DNA of 58,619 nt from Phormidesmidales cyanobacterium (GCA_038315915.1 JBBQAC010000001.1:1-58619), one strand, 5' to 3'. Counted from the first letter of the stretch, positions 41,614-52,859 are shown. The notes: generated by a model not told the origin, from the sequence alone. Program-made: numbers and translations.

Positions 41614-42363
41614 ATGGCAACCGTATTCGATTTTTTGGTAAAAGGTGGCCCCGTGATGGTGCCGATCATCGGTGCATCGGTGTTCACAGTTGCCTGCGCG
41701 CTAGAGCGGGCAACTTTTTGGACTAACCTGCTCAAGCGCGAGGGCCAGGTTGTCAATGAGGTGCTCGATATGGCCCGCAGAGACCTGGAGGGGGCAGCAG
41801 CGATCGCCGCTAGAGCCCGCGACTTACCTATTGGCCGCTTTTTGCTCGCTCCCCTCAGCTTGAAAAATCCTTCGCCTGACACCTTTCGGCTGGCGCTAGA
41901 AAATGCGGGCGATAAAGAATTTGTCAAAATGAAAAAAGGCGACAAGCTGCTCGAAACCGTCGTTGCCGTCGCCCCTTTACTCGGGCTGCTCGGTACGGTA
42001 ACCGGCTTGATCAACACCTTTGAAAACCTCAATATTGGCGGTGGCGATGGCGCAGCCGGGGCCACCGAAGCCGCAGGTGGCATTGGCGAAGCACTGATCA
42101 CCACGGCAGCCGGGATGGTAGTGGCTATTTTTGCCCTGCTGATTTTTCGGACGATGGTGTCGTTGCAGACCCAGCAGATGGACTATTTTTCTGAAGCGGG
42201 CAACGAACTGGAGCTGATTTACCGCGAATATTGGGTGGAATCCGGGCGGCTACCGCTGTCAGACGCCTCACCGCGAGGGTCGGCTTTGAGGGAATCGCTG
42301 AGCGAAGGCCGGTTCACGCCAGAGATTGCGGCTGAAAGGACTATCGAGCGTCCTTCGTTTTGA
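41614..42363 (+). CDS. exbB: MotA/TolQ/ExbB proton channel protein
   Basis: APLLGLLGTVTGLI...GIGEALITTAAG. Confidence 0.88.
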   Translation: MATVFDFLVKGGPVMVPIIGASVFTVACALERATFWTNLLKREGQVVNEVLDMARRDLEGAAAIAARARDLPIGRFLLAPLSLKNPSPDTFRLALENAGDKEFVKMKKGDKLLETVVAVAPLLGLLGTVTGLINTFENLNIGGGDGAAGATEAAGGIGEALITTAAGMVVAIFALLIFRTMVSLQTQQMDYFSEAGNELELIYREYWVESGRLPLSDASPRGSALRESLSEGRFTPEIAAERTIERPSF

Positions 42364-42407
42364 GTCTTTTTCACACTGACTCCTTTTTACCCTGACATAG
42401 CTTTCCT

Positions 42408-42842
42408 ATGCGCTTTCGCCAGACCGAAGACAGTGGCATTCCGACAATTGATCTCATTCCTATGCTCACCGTAATGATGGGCGTACTGGCCTTTTTTGTG
42501 GTGATTTCTGTCTCCTTGGGGAGCGAGGAACTGATCCAGGTCAATCTACCGCCCGAGCAGACGCAGGATACGCCGGTTGGCGATGCCCAAGAGCCTTTTA
42601 TCGTAGAAATAGATGCCACCGGTCAGCAGTTTCTCAATGACGTGCCGGTGACCACCGAACAGCTAACGGCTGAAGTGCAGGCTTATTTGTCCCGCAATGC
42701 CGAAAACACTGTCTACCTGGTGCCTAGTCGGGAATTGCCTTACGAGCAGGTGATGCAGTTTTTGGGCAATATGCGGGCGGTAGGGGGCGATCGCGTTTCT
42801 TTGGCCTTGGAAGATAATGAGGAGATAGAAGCCAAAAAGTAG
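42408..42842 (+). CDS. exbD: ExbD/TolR protein
   Basis: IDLIPMLTVMM TM; LPYEQV...RVSL. Confidence 0.8.
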   Translation: MRFRQTEDSGIPTIDLIPMLTVMMGVLAFFVVISVSLGSEELIQVNLPPEQTQDTPVGDAQEPFIVEIDATGQQFLNDVPVTTEQLTAEVQAYLSRNAENTVYLVPSRELPYEQVMQFLGNMRAVGGDRVSLALEDNEEIEAKK

Positions 42843-42876
42843 ACAATCTAGTTAGCTAAAAGAGCCCTGACATCCT

Positions 42877-43296
42877 ATGCGCACCAGACGCCGCCGCCCG
42901 ACCCGTACACCCGAAGTCAATCTCGTACCGATGATGGACGTGCTGATGACGGTGCTAATTTTTTTCGTGTTGATTTCGATGGGGCTCACGGGCGTGCAGA
43001 TCAGCGGCGTCAGGCTCCCTCAATCGGTAGAGGGCGCGGACGAAGCGATCACCGATAAAGGCGAAGAAGTACAGCCGCTGGTGATTGGGCTCACGGGCGA
43101 GAAGGCGCTTATTTTAGCGGGCGAACCGGTCGAAGTCTCGGCGCTTGCCCCTGCTATTCAGGCTTATTTCGCTGAAAATCCTGACGGTAGCCTCATGCTT
43201 AAGGCCGATAGAGCCCTGCCCTACGAGGATATTGCTGCGCTGCTTAGCGAACTGAGAGAGATGGGCGGGCGTCGGGTCTCTTTAGCGGTCGAATAG
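42877..43296 (+). CDS. exbD: ExbD/TolR protein (second copy)
   Basis: NLVPMMDVLMTVLIFF; LKADRALPY. Confidence 0.85.
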   Translation: MRTRRRRPTRTPEVNLVPMMDVLMTVLIFFVLISMGLTGVQISGVRLPQSVEGADEAITDKGEEVQPLVIGLTGEKALILAGEPVEVSALAPAIQAYFAENPDGSLMLKADRALPYEDIAALLSELREMGGRRVSLAVE

Positions 43297-43417
43297 CGCG
43301 CAGGTGTCCGTCTTACAGGGGACATTCCCAAGGCTATAATCACCTCAGCGCCAGATGGCTAACGGATACGACAGCGCCCACACTGATCGGCACTGCCGCC
43401 TAAGGACTTTTTCACTT

Positions 43418-43897
43418 ATGGATCCGATGGAGCACGACCGGATTGAGCAGCTGCTTGCCGATCTCAAACACCCAGAGACCTCAGTGCGCGATCGCGCCTC
43501 ATCCGCACTCTGGCAACTGTGGTTTCACCAAAAAGGCGTCTACGGCGCGCAGCAGCTGATGCAGGCTCAGTCCCTGCTCGAAGCTAGGCAGCTTGCCCGC
43601 GCAGAGGCTTTCCTGAGCGAAATTGTTCAAGCCCAACCCGATTTTGCCGAAGCCTGGAACCGGCGGGCCGTTTTGCACTATACCCAGGGTCATCACTGGC
43701 GGGCGATCGCCGACTGCCAAAAGGTCGTTCAGCTCATCCCCTACCACTTTGGCGCGCTCCACGGACTGGGACTGTGTCACAGCGCCGTCGGCAACTACAC
43801 TGCCGCCATCCAGGCTTTTCGGCAGGCGCTAGCAGTACAGCCCTACGCATTCGTCAACCAGCGCATGATCCTCGAATGCACTGCTAAATTGGGATGA
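43418..43897 (+). CDS. Tetratricopeptide repeat protein
   Basis: PDFAEAWNRRA, HFGALHGLGLC; start uncertain (43355-43427). Confidence 0.8.
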   Translation: MDPMEHDRIEQLLADLKHPETSVRDRASSALWQLWFHQKGVYGAQQLMQAQSLLEARQLARAEAFLSEIVQAQPDFAEAWNRRAVLHYTQGHHWRAIADCQKVVQLIPYHFGALHGLGLCHSAVGNYTAAIQAFRQALAVQPYAFVNQRMILECTAKLG

Positions 43898-44076
43898 GCA
43901 AGCTGGGATGAGCGCAGGTCGCCGACATCACCTGTCGCCCTAAATCTGGCCAGTGCATCTTACATAGCGCACGCAAAGCGGTGCGTTCTATGGCAACCTG
44001 AAAGAGAGCCTAGCTCTTTTACCAAACGCTTCACCGACCGCGTTTCACTGTCCACTTTTAACTGTGGGTCCGCACT

Positions 44077-45312
44077 ATGCAAACTCTGTCTGCCCCGCCT
44101 ATCTCTGCTGGCAACACTCCTGACACTGCCGAATTTGATACCACTATTACGCGGCGCAAAACTCGCCCGGTACAAGTGGGCGATGTCATCATCGGTGGCG
44201 AGCATCCGGTCGTCGTCCAGTCGATGATCAATGAAGATACGCTCGACATTGACGGGTCGGTAGCGGGCATTCGGCGACTTCACGAAGCAGGCTGTGAAAT
44301 TGTCCGCGTGACGGTGCCCAGCATGGCCCATGCCCGCGCTCTAGCACAGATCAAAACCAAGCTAGCCGAAACTTACCAGCGGGTGCCGCTAGTCGCCGAT
44401 GTGCACCACAACGGCATGAAGATCGCCCTGGAAGTGGCCAAGCATGTCGATAAAGTGCGGATCAATCCGGGCCTGTATGTGTTTGAAAAGGGCGATAGCG
44501 ATCGCACCGAATACACCCAGGCCGAATTCGACCACATCGGCGCAAAAATTCGTGAAACCCTAGCGCCTCTGGTCATTTCCCTCCGCGACCAGGGTAAAGC
44601 CATGCGCATTGGCGTCAACCACGGCTCCCTGGCCGAGCGGATGCTCTTCACCTACGGCGACACCCCAGAAGGCATGGTCGAATCCGCCCTGGAGTTCATC
44701 CGCATCTGCGAATCGCTCGACTTTTACAACCTCGTGATTTCGCTCAAAGCGTCGCGGGTGCCGGTGATGCTGGCGGCCTACCGACTGATGGTCAAGCGCA
44801 TGGACGATCTGGGCATGAGCTACCCGCTACACTTGGGCGTCACTGAAGCAGGTGACGGCGAATATGGCCGAATCAAATCGACCGCTGGCATTGGGACGTT
44901 GCTCGCCATGGGCATCGGCGATACCATTCGCGTTTCCCTGACCGAAGCCCCCGAAAAAGAAATTCCGGTGTGCTACAGCATCTTGCAGGCACTGGGCCTA
45001 CGCAAAACCATGGTGGAATATGTCGCCTGTCCCTCTTGCGGTCGCACTCTATTCAACCTGGAAGACGTGCTCCACAAGGTACGCGAAGCCACCAGCCACC
45101 TCACTGGTCTCGATATTGCGGTAATGGGCTGCATTGTCAACGGCCCCGGCGAAATGGCCGACGCTGACTATGGCTATGTGGGTAAGCAAGCGGGCACCAT
45201 TGCGCTGTATCGGGGCCGCGAAGAAATCAAGCGAGTACCCGAAGCGCAGGGCGTAGCAGAACTGATTGACCTGATCAAATCCGACGGTCGCTGGATAGAG
45301 CCTGAGGCATGA
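44077..45312 (+). CDS. ispG: HMBPP synthase (GcpE)
   Basis: [35 protein letters not shown]. Confidence 0.97.
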   Translation: MQTLSAPPISAGNTPDTAEFDTTITRRKTRPVQVGDVIIGGEHPVVVQSMINEDTLDIDGSVAGIRRLHEAGCEIVRVTVPSMAHARALAQIKTKLAETYQRVPLVADVHHNGMKIALEVAKHVDKVRINPGLYVFEKGDSDRTEYTQAEFDHIGAKIRETLAPLVISLRDQGKAMRIGVNHGSLAERMLFTYGDTPEGMVESALEFIRICESLDFYNLVISLKASRVPVMLAAYRLMVKRMDDLGMSYPLHLGVTEAGDGEYGRIKSTAGIGTLLAMGIGDTIRVSLTEAPEKEIPVCYSILQALGLRKTMVEYVACPSCGRTLFNLEDVLHKVREATSHLTGLDIAVMGCIVNGPGEMADADYGYVGKQAGTIALYRGREEIKRVPEAQGVAELIDLIKSDGRWIEPEA

Positions 45313-45483
45313 TTCCAGAATTCGACAGTTCAATTTAAAAGTTCAAAAGTTGTCACCGCAGTGCCGTCGTTGATATCTTTTAATATCTGGTCGGGTTACA
45401 CTCGCTGACCCCATAGGCGATCAACCGAGGGTGTGTGTTAAATTGGGCATAATTAACGTCCTCCCCACAGGATTTTTTCCTCT

Positions 45484-46782
45484 ATGGCAATTACCCAGCG
45501 CGGCCTTATTCTTGGAGCCACCGCATTAGCAAGTGCCGCCGTTGTCATTACCGGCACCGGTATTCACTTGGCCAACGGTCAAGCTTTCTTTAAAGAAAGC
45601 CCCAAAGAACTGATAGATGAAGTCTGGCAGCTCATTGACCATGAGTATGTCGACGGCTCATTCAATTCGCTTGATTGGGATGATGTTCGGACAAAGTATT
45701 TGAACCGCACCTACACCGATCAAGAAGAAGCCTACACCGCCGTGCGTGAGATGCTCGGACAGCTTGAAGATCCCTACACTCGGTTTATGGATCCGCAAGA
45801 GTTCAACAACATGCAAATCGACACCTCAGGGGAACTTACAGGAGTCGGCATTCAAATTTCTCAAGACGAAGAGACAAACGACATTGTAGTGGTCTCTCCT
45901 ATTGAGCAAACGCCTGCCTATGAAGCGGGCATGCTCTCTGGCGACATCATCACTTCCATTGATGGTCAGAGCACCGAAGGGATGGAACTCAGCGACGCGG
46001 TCAATCTGATTCGCGGCCCGGTAGATTCACAGGTACAGATCACGGTCAGCCGTAACGACAAACCGCTTGAGTTTGAGCTAGCTCGCGCTCGTATTGAGAT
46101 TCACCCGGTGCGCTACTCCGTTAAGAGCGGGCCGGAGGGTACGGTAGGCTACATTCGTCTGACACAGTTTAGTGCCAACGCCGCTGCTGAAATGCGCGAC
46201 GCCATTGATGCTTTAGAAGAGCGTGAGGTCACAGGCTACGTGCTCGACTTGCGTTCCAACCCCGGCGGACTCCTGTTTGCAAGCATTGATATTGCAGAAA
46301 TGTGGATTGCAGACGGCACCATCGTCTCGACGGTAGACCGTAACAAGGTGACCGATGAAGAGATAGCGCACAACAAGGCGCTGAGTGATCGCCCGCTCGT
46401 TGTCCTAGTTGACGGTGGCTCGGCTAGTGCCAGTGAGATTCTCTCTGGGGCGCTGCAAGACAACCACCGCGCTGCGCTGGTAGGCACCCAGACCTTTGGT
46501 AAAGGATTGGTACAGTCCGTCAGGGGATTGACCGATGGCTCTGGCGTGGCGGTAACAATTGCCAAATATCTGACGCCGTCAGGCCGGGATATCAACAAGC
46601 TTGGGATTGAGCCAGACTTTGTGATCGAACTCACCGATGAGGAGCGTGATGTCCTCGCCGCTGATCGCGAAAAAATTGGCACCCCGGAAGACCCGCAATA
46701 TCAAAAGGCACTCGAAGTCCTGACTGATTCCATTCGCGGTCAGCGGCAGTCAGCTAGCAGTGCAGGTGTTTCAAGTCGCTAG
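45484..46782 (+). CDS. Carboxyl-terminal processing protease (S41, PDZ)
   Basis: DPYTRF, GVGIQI, DLRSNPGG, SASASEI, TFGKGLVQ. Confidence 0.93.
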   Translation: MAITQRGLILGATALASAAVVITGTGIHLANGQAFFKESPKELIDEVWQLIDHEYVDGSFNSLDWDDVRTKYLNRTYTDQEEAYTAVREMLGQLEDPYTRFMDPQEFNNMQIDTSGELTGVGIQISQDEETNDIVVVSPIEQTPAYEAGMLSGDIITSIDGQSTEGMELSDAVNLIRGPVDSQVQITVSRNDKPLEFELARARIEIHPVRYSVKSGPEGTVGYIRLTQFSANAAAEMRDAIDALEEREVTGYVLDLRSNPGGLLFASIDIAEMWIADGTIVSTVDRNKVTDEEIAHNKALSDRPLVVLVDGGSASASEILSGALQDNHRAALVGTQTFGKGLVQSVRGLTDGSGVAVTIAKYLTPSGRDINKLGIEPDFVIELTDEERDVLAADREKIGTPEDPQYQKALEVLTDSIRGQRQSASSAGVSSR

Positions 46783-46797
46783 ACTGGGTTTCTTCTA

Positions 46798-46986
46798 CTA
46801 ACTAGGTTGGCATTTACCAGATCTGATCAGGCCAACGCGCTTTGCGATGGCCTGACTTTGCGTTTTAAAGGGCCCCCATCGCTGTAAGCTTTGTCCCTCT
46901 AACGCGTTGAGTGCTTGCGCCGAGATAATTTGACACCGCTCTGCCTCCTGCTTGACGATATACCAGCCTTCTTCCGATGATTCCAT
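46798..46986 (-). CDS. Small conserved cyanobacterial hypothetical protein
   Basis: WYIVKQ...WGPF...AIAKRVGLIRSGKCQP. Confidence 0.6.
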   Translation of the reverse strand: MESSEEGWYIVKQEAERCQIISAQALNALEGQSLQRWGPFKTQSQAIAKRVGLIRSGKCQPS

Positions 46987-47154
46987 AGCTGACCATTTCT
47001 CCAACAGACTCCTATTTAAAGAGTACACATCCCAGAGGGGTCAGATTGTGTAGTTTCTGCAAATAATTGAGAAACTTCCCTGACCAGGAAAATCCCTGAT
47101 TTGCGTCAAATCAGGCGTTAGCGGCAGAGAGGAAGCGGCAGGCGCATGATTGTC

Positions 47155-48231
47155 TTAACGGGTTTCCTGAAATCCTCGCAGGACATTGGCTACGTTCTTC
47201 GCGATCTCCAAGTGATAACCGCCTTCCATCACAAACAGCGTAGGCCACTGTTTTGCTCCAATGCGTCTGCCGAGTTCAACAAAGTCTTCACTTTCCAACA
47301 AAAATTTGGAAATGGCATCGCCTTTAAAGGTATCTACCCCCAAAGAAACAATAAGATACTGAGGGTTATGGTCTTGAATTGTTGTCAGCGCGGTCTCTAA
47401 AGTGCGAGCATACTCGGCCCATGAAGTGCCCTGAGGCAAGGGAAAGTTAGCGTTCCACCCTGAAGCCTCTGCGCCACCAGTCTCATTGGCATACCCCAAA
47501 AAGTAGGGGTAGTCGTGGCTGGGATCGCCGTGAATAGAGGCAAAGAAAACGTCTTTGCGGTCATAGAAGATAGACTGCGTACCGTTGCCGTGATGGTAAT
47601 CCACATCCAGGATGGCAACGCAGGTGGTCGGGTCGTACTGTCGGAGGGCTTGGGCTGCGATCGCCGCATTATTAAAAAAACAATACCCGCCGCACATATC
47701 CCAATGCGCGTGGTGACCGGGCGGGCGACAGAGCGCAAAGGCCATTCCTTCCTCGCGGGCGATTTCCTGCCCTTTGACCGCGCACCAGGCCGAGCCGATT
47801 GCCGCATTCCAGGTTCCGGCGGTGATGGGGGTACCGGTATCGAATGAGTAGTAGCCCAACTTTGCATAGGGGCTTGCCGGTTCTGCCAGGTCTGACCTGA
47901 GCCGGTTGAAAGTATGCGGCAGGGCGTACGCTTGGGCGGGCATCTCCTGCTGCCATGCCGGGAAGATTGTTCGGACAAAGTCTACATACTCTGCTTTGTG
48001 AACTTGCCGAATCAGCGTGAGTAAATCGGGGGCAGGTTCTATCTGTGTCTGATACCCTGCTTGCGCAGGCAACGGGCAGGCAGGCATCGTAATCACCTCA
48101 CCGAGTTTGCGCACTTCTTGGAGGATAGCGATCACCCGATCCGGCTTTTCAAAACACTCAACCAAATTACCTCTGAAGAACTCCATCTCAGGGGCATGTG
48201 CACAGTGCAAAGAACTATAGGTAGTCTTCAT
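47155..48231 (-). CDS. Histone deacetylase family protein (acetylpolyamine amidohydrolase-like)
   Basis: RPPGHH, GYCFFNN, LDVDYHHGNGTQ, SLGVD, EGGY. Confidence 0.92.
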   Translation of the reverse strand: MKTTYSSLHCAHAPEMEFFRGNLVECFEKPDRVIAILQEVRKLGEVITMPACPLPAQAGYQTQIEPAPDLLTLIRQVHKAEYVDFVRTIFPAWQQEMPAQAYALPHTFNRLRSDLAEPASPYAKLGYYSFDTGTPITAGTWNAAIGSAWCAVKGQEIAREEGMAFALCRPPGHHAHWDMCGGYCFFNNAAIAAQALRQYDPTTCVAILDVDYHHGNGTQSIFYDRKDVFFASIHGDPSHDYPYFLGYANETGGAEASGWNANFPLPQGTSWAEYARTLETALTTIQDHNPQYLIVSLGVDTFKGDAISKFLLESEDFVELGRRIGAKQWPTLFVMEGGYHLEIAKNVANVLRGFQETR

Positions 48232-48544
48232 CAATTTTGCGTCTGGGGGTCATAACCGGGAGGCTTTAGGCAAAAGATAACCCGTCCCATTTTACTGAAG
48301 CAGGTAAATCTGGGCTGCTTTTGGCTGTATGCGAGTCAGGATATCATTGTAGTTGAGGCGATCGCTCTGGCCCAGCCATACAAAACAGATATTGCTAAAT
48401 CTGGAATAAGCGCCTCTAATACAATCGACCAGTTCCACTCAAGGCGGGACTTACGCCCTAAAATAGCCGGGTTGATAACGGCATGGAATGGCGTATTCAT
48501 ATAGGTTACGTCCAGGTTCTTTTATTTACGTTCTTTTACTCACT

Positions 48545-48997
48545 TCATGACGATTGAAAACCCAGAATTGCAGATGCTGCGGCTATAATCGCTACCGCTA
48601 CGCGCACCCAATGCAGCAGCACCCAAGTCTGTAACTTGCTGGTTGCCTTTGCTGCACTGTACTTCTGTTCAATGAAACCAAAATTAGTTGGCAAATGGTA
48701 AGCTAGCGTAATTGCGATAGTAAGCAACAGTCCCACTAAAGCAATTAGCCAAAACAATCGAGCTGTAGGATCTCCCCAATTAAAAACAACAGACAAAAGT
48801 GTTGCAATTAAGGCAGGCAAAAGAGTCGCTGCTGTGGGGGGTAAAAGATAAGGGATAAATTTTGCCTTGAAATTTTGCATAAAGGCAATTGGCTCGAGCG
48901 ATCGCCAATAGCGTGCATAGCTCAGGCCGATATTAATCATGTTGCCAGCAAAAGCCGCAATGGCAATAATGGCAATAATCTCTACTATGGTTTCCAT
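48545..48997 (-). CDS. DUF1772 / anthrone oxygenase-like membrane protein
   Basis: Four TMs, HLPTN, WVLLHWVR. Confidence 0.7.
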   Translation of the reverse strand: METIVEIIAIIAIAAFAGNMINIGLSYARYWRSLEPIAFMQNFKAKFIPYLLPPTAATLLPALIATLLSVVFNWGDPTARLFWLIALVGLLLTIAITLAYHLPTNFGFIEQKYSAAKATSKLQTWVLLHWVRVAVAIIAAASAILGFQSS

Positions 48998-49130
48998 TTC
49001 TTGTAAGCCTCTAAGCTAAAGGTAAGATTCATAATGTTTAATTCCGACTTCTAATCCAGCTTCTAAATAGACTGTCAAAGCAGATGCTGTTGCTGTGCGG
49101 TGCATAGGACAGGAGAACAGATCACTCGGT

Positions 49131-49823
49131 TCAAAACTGTTCGACCCAGGGACGTAGCTCTATTTCCCATGTCCAAGCGCTGCGGTGCTGCATTAGGGTG
49201 TTTAGATAGGTTTGGGCGATCGCATCCGGTTCTAAGAAACTATCCGGCTTATCCTCAGGCTGCTGTCGGTGAGGCGAGGCAATGCTCCCATCAATAATAA
49301 AATGAGCCACGTGAATATTCTTCGGTGCTAGCTCTCTGGCCATACTTTGAGCCAGCCCGCGCAGGGCAAACTTACCCATCGCGAAAGGCGCAGAAAGCGC
49401 ATAGCCTTTCACACTCGCAGAAGCACCTGTGAACAAAACTGCCCCATGCCTCTTTTCTAGCATTCGCTTCACTGCCTGCTGGCCGACGAGAAAACCGCCG
49501 TAGGCTGTGACTGCCAGTGTTTTTTCAACATCGGCAGGCTTCAAATCAACCAGAGATCCCTGCGTGCGGTAGCTAGGATTGTAAACCACTACATCAGGCG
49601 AGCCCAGGCGATTATCAAAGTCAGTAAAAAGCTGCTCAACCTCATTTTGCTGCGAGGCATCGCACTGAAAAGCCTGTGCCTTGATCTCATCGCAAAGAGA
49701 CTTTAATTTTTCAGTATTTTGAGCGGCTAATCCTATAGTCATACCGTTTTCAGAAAAAAGTTGGGCTATCGATGCACTGAGCCCATTGCCTGCACCAACA
49801 ATTAAAGCGTTTTTGAAATTCAT
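49131..49823 (-). CDS. Short-chain dehydrogenase/reductase
   Basis: GAGNGLS, FTGASAS, FAMGKFALRGLAQS. Confidence 0.9.
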   Translation of the reverse strand: MNFKNALIVGAGNGLSASIAQLFSENGMTIGLAAQNTEKLKSLCDEIKAQAFQCDASQQNEVEQLFTDFDNRLGSPDVVVYNPSYRTQGSLVDLKPADVEKTLAVTAYGGFLVGQQAVKRMLEKRHGAVLFTGASASVKGYALSAPFAMGKFALRGLAQSMARELAPKNIHVAHFIIDGSIASPHRQQPEDKPDSFLEPDAIAQTYLNTLMQHRSAWTWEIELRPWVEQF

Positions 49824-49938
49824 ATGCTTGAATTAATTCCCTGTAGTATTGACGTGATGATTTTTGGATGTTCCGATTGTCGCGTTATTGCTGCTCTTAC
49901 TGTTTAAAGTGGGCAACAACATCGCGGCGAAACAGCAG

Positions 49939-50304
49939 CTAGAGCGCGATTAGCTGCAACACCATGAAGCCGCCAATCCCAGCATAGACTGTTGCAGGCA
50001 AGGCCATCTCTGCTGGCATCGGACTGACATATTGCGTAATCAGACCTTGGAAATAATCAAAGGCTCCGACAGCGTTATAGCCCACAAGCACGCCCCAGAC
50101 ACGAATTCCGCGCTGCGTCCAAAATAGGAAGAGCATTACCGGCAAGAGGAAGCCGAGGGTGGCATCGCTTAGCCACGGCCCAAACCAACCATCCGGAGCA
50201 GCACCGCCGAACATTTCTACGGTGGGAAGGAAAAGGACTGTTTGAGCCCGGAAAAGCGTTGCCGCCATCAATGTGGCGATCGCCCATCTGACTGTTTTGG
50301 TCAT
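49939..50304 (-). CDS. Hypothetical membrane protein (possibly prematurely terminated)
   Basis: Hydrophobic ORF; frame continues past TAG to 49897. Confidence 0.6.
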   Translation of the reverse strand: MTKTVRWAIATLMAATLFRAQTVLFLPTVEMFGGAAPDGWFGPWLSDATLGFLLPVMLFLFWTQRGIRVWGVLVGYNAVGAFDYFQGLITQYVSPMPAEMALPATVYAGIGGFMVLQLIAL

Positions 50305-50372
50305 TGTCGATACCTTTCTAGTTAGTCTGTCTGCGTTATCTCAGACATGTCAGGATTTTGAGGAGATTCTCA

Positions 50373-50882
50373 TTAGGTGCTTTCAATCCTTTTAAGGTCT
50401 TCGTTTTCTTTGTTGATGAGACGATACATAACATAGACGTGTGCGATTATAAGAATCGGAAAAAACAAGATCGATACAAACCACATCGTGCCGATATAGT
50501 AATTGAACAAATCAAGACTGATGGCGATACGTCCGACATTCGCGATGTCTGCAACGCCGATGAGGGTGAAGATCCAAATCAGCGGCACTGCCAAGCCAGA
50601 GCGTCCGCGTAGGGCGATCGCTGCAATTAACGCACTGATACCAGCGAGTAAATCACCGTAGGCGATCGCAGACATCACTTGCCGTGGCAAAGACGGATCT
50701 ACCTGTCCAACAACCAGCAACGCAAAGCCCGCGAATCGAAAAACGTGCAGCAACAGCAGCGGCAAAACAGCTTTTTCAAAGGGTAGCTTTGAGAGACTGG
50801 GTTGCACGTACCAGAAAAATATCAACGTGTATACAACTAATCCTATGGTGCTCTGACCGCCCAAAATAATCCAATTATTCAT
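50373..50882 (-). CDS. Hypothetical membrane protein
   Basis: Multi-TM, LLLHVFR...AYGDL. Confidence 0.7.
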   Translation of the reverse strand: MNNWIILGGQSTIGLVVYTLIFFWYVQPSLSKLPFEKAVLPLLLLHVFRFAGFALLVVGQVDPSLPRQVMSAIAYGDLLAGISALIAAIALRGRSGLAVPLIWIFTLIGVADIANVGRIAISLDLFNYYIGTMWFVSILFFPILIIAHVYVMYRLINKENEDLKRIEST

Positions 50883-50926
50883 GATGATTCGCTTTCTCCA
50901 TTATTTAAGCTGTTGGTGTCTAGTCA

Positions 50927-51427
50927 TTAAATTCTCTTTGACGCAATCTGTTGTCCTACTCGCATGGCGTCTTTAAGTGCAGCGCTAACCGCAAAATATG
51001 CCGTCGTTAGTGCGATCGCAATTCGAAGCCAGTGAAGCCCTAACCAAGTTGTGACTACTGAAGGTAATTCGTCTGCTGTGTAGCTTCCCGACATCGCTCT
51101 AAAAACAACCGGCACATGATAGACAGATGTAATCACGCCATTCACGATCCACAGCCCCAGCGCGGTCAGCCACAAATTCCGGATATTACGTCTGGGCCAC
51201 GCCAACCTGACCGACAACGCTAGGAACAACGTTTGAATCAGGGCAACAGGGATGATAGTCCAGGCCATGTATATCCAATCTTGGGGAAAATCATGAACCA
51301 ACTGTGCAGGCTCCAGATCGCTCCAACGTAGGCCAAGCGTCACCCCAACCATCAGTCCACCGCCTGCGAACATGCCGGTTGCAATGACTGCAATTATGTT
51401 TACTTTCTGGATGACTGAATATTTCAT
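50927..51427 (-). CDS. DUF1772-like membrane protein
   Basis: YHVP, WLGLHWLR; probable start MKYSV. Confidence 0.65.
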   Translation of the reverse strand: MKYSVIQKVNIIAVIATGMFAGGGLMVGVTLGLRWSDLEPAQLVHDFPQDWIYMAWTIIPVALIQTLFLALSVRLAWPRRNIRNLWLTALGLWIVNGVITSVYHVPVVFRAMSGSYTADELPSVVTTWLGLHWLRIAIALTTAYFAVSAALKDAMRVGQQIASKRI

Positions 51428-51501
51428 GTTTTGCTTGCCTAACTTGGCATTAGCTCTGAATTTGAGGCTGAATATATGGTTAGCTGGCTTCACGCTCAGA
51501 C

Positions 51502-51894
51502 CTAAAAGAGCTTCGGGCGTCCCCACCAAAAGGTAATAGCTAAACCACCAAAAAGGCAGGCTTCACCCATTGGAATAAAGCCAATCCAGGCTCTGACATC
51601 AGCACTGCTAAGCACAATCACAAATCGATAGAGCGCCATTAATGCCATACCCGTTGCACTAGCAGGAGCAAGGATACGCGCTAGATCCATATCCCGAGAG
51701 GCTATTTGCAGACTCAACCCCCAGGCCACTAGAACAGAACCCGTAAAGGCCACAAAGTAGTGCCCTACGCCATTCGCTAGAATTGGGGACTGACCAGTGC
51801 CCAAGAAAAAGAGCATCACGGCAAGCAGGATAAAGCCAAGCAATATCAGGGCACCACCGGTAATGCCACACAGCCTTCCATAGGCAGAATTCAT
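51502..51894 (-). CDS. Hypothetical membrane protein
   Basis: Four hydrophobic segments, within operon. Confidence 0.6.
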   Translation of the reverse strand: MNSAYGRLCGITGGALILLGFILLAVMLFFLGTGQSPILANGVGHYFVAFTGSVLVAWGLSLQIASRDMDLARILAPASATGMALMALYRFVIVLSSADVRAWIGFIPMGEACLFGGLAITFWWGRPKLF

Positions 51895-51941
51895 CTATTG
51901 ACTCCAAAATTGAATGCTAACTACTGGGATACTGCAAATTC

Positions 51942-52859
51942 CTAACGGCGGTAAATTTCTCTCAGGCATTGTTCGACATTTTGATCTTGGAAGACAAAGC
52001 CCGCATCAAGCAGTTTGCTGGGTGAGACGCGCTGCCCAAGCAGAATCAGTTCTTGCCCAAGTTGCCCCATCAATCCTTTGACCAAGAAAGCAGGTGCAGG
52101 CATAAAACTTGGCTTGCCCAACGCTTTACCCAGGCTTTGAGCAAAAATCCGATTGCTACAGGCTCCTGTTGAAACAATGTTAATCGCTCCGTTGAGGTCT
52201 GGATGGTCAAAAATGAAGCCAATGGCGGCTACTACATCGCGCAAACTGACCCACGACATCATTTGATTTCCAGTTCCAGCTTTTCCACCCACGAAATAGT
52301 GAAAGGGAGTTGCCATGGCTGGTAGTGCGCCTTCGTTGCGATCAAACACGACCCCAATACGCAGCAGTGCGACCCGATTGCCCGCTTCCATGGCTGGCTT
52401 CGTTGCCTGTTCCCATTGGTCAATCAGCTCCTGCAAAAAGCAAGTGCCTGTCCTGCGATCGGTGTCTGCTTCTGAAAACGCCTCGTGGTCATCGTCATAA
52501 AACCCGTAGGCACTGACTGCTGATGCGTTAATCAGACGAATAGCTGGATTCTGTTTGCAGACTTCCACGCAGATCTTTGTTGTGTCAACACGGCTATCGG
52601 TCATGACTTTTTTATAGGCATCCGACCACGGTTGATCACTAATATTGCCACCCGACATGTTGATGATCACCCCTAATTCCTCAGCTGGGTAGGCAGAAAA
52701 TTCCTCCCAAGAACAGCAATCCACCGCAAAGGGAAATTTTTCTTTAAGCCGCTGAGGGGTTCTTCCTACGAGCACCAGAGAACAAGACTTTTCATGGAGT
52801 AACTGAACCAGTTTGGTTCCCACCATGCCACTGGCTCCGCAAATAGCAACTTTTTTCAT
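51942..52859 (-). CDS. TIGR01777 family epimerase/oxidoreductase
   Basis: GASGMVG, SRVDTT, ASAVSAYG, GQRVSPSKLLDAGFVF. Confidence 0.88.
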   Translation of the reverse strand: MKKVAICGASGMVGTKLVQLLHEKSCSLVLVGRTPQRLKEKFPFAVDCCSWEEFSAYPAEELGVIINMSGGNISDQPWSDAYKKVMTDSRVDTTKICVEVCKQNPAIRLINASAVSAYGFYDDDHEAFSEADTDRRTGTCFLQELIDQWEQATKPAMEAGNRVALLRIGVVFDRNEGALPAMATPFHYFVGGKAGTGNQMMSWVSLRDVVAAIGFIFDHPDLNGAINIVSTGACSNRIFAQSLGKALGKPSFMPAPAFLVKGLMGQLGQELILLGQRVSPSKLLDAGFVFQDQNVEQCLREIYRR

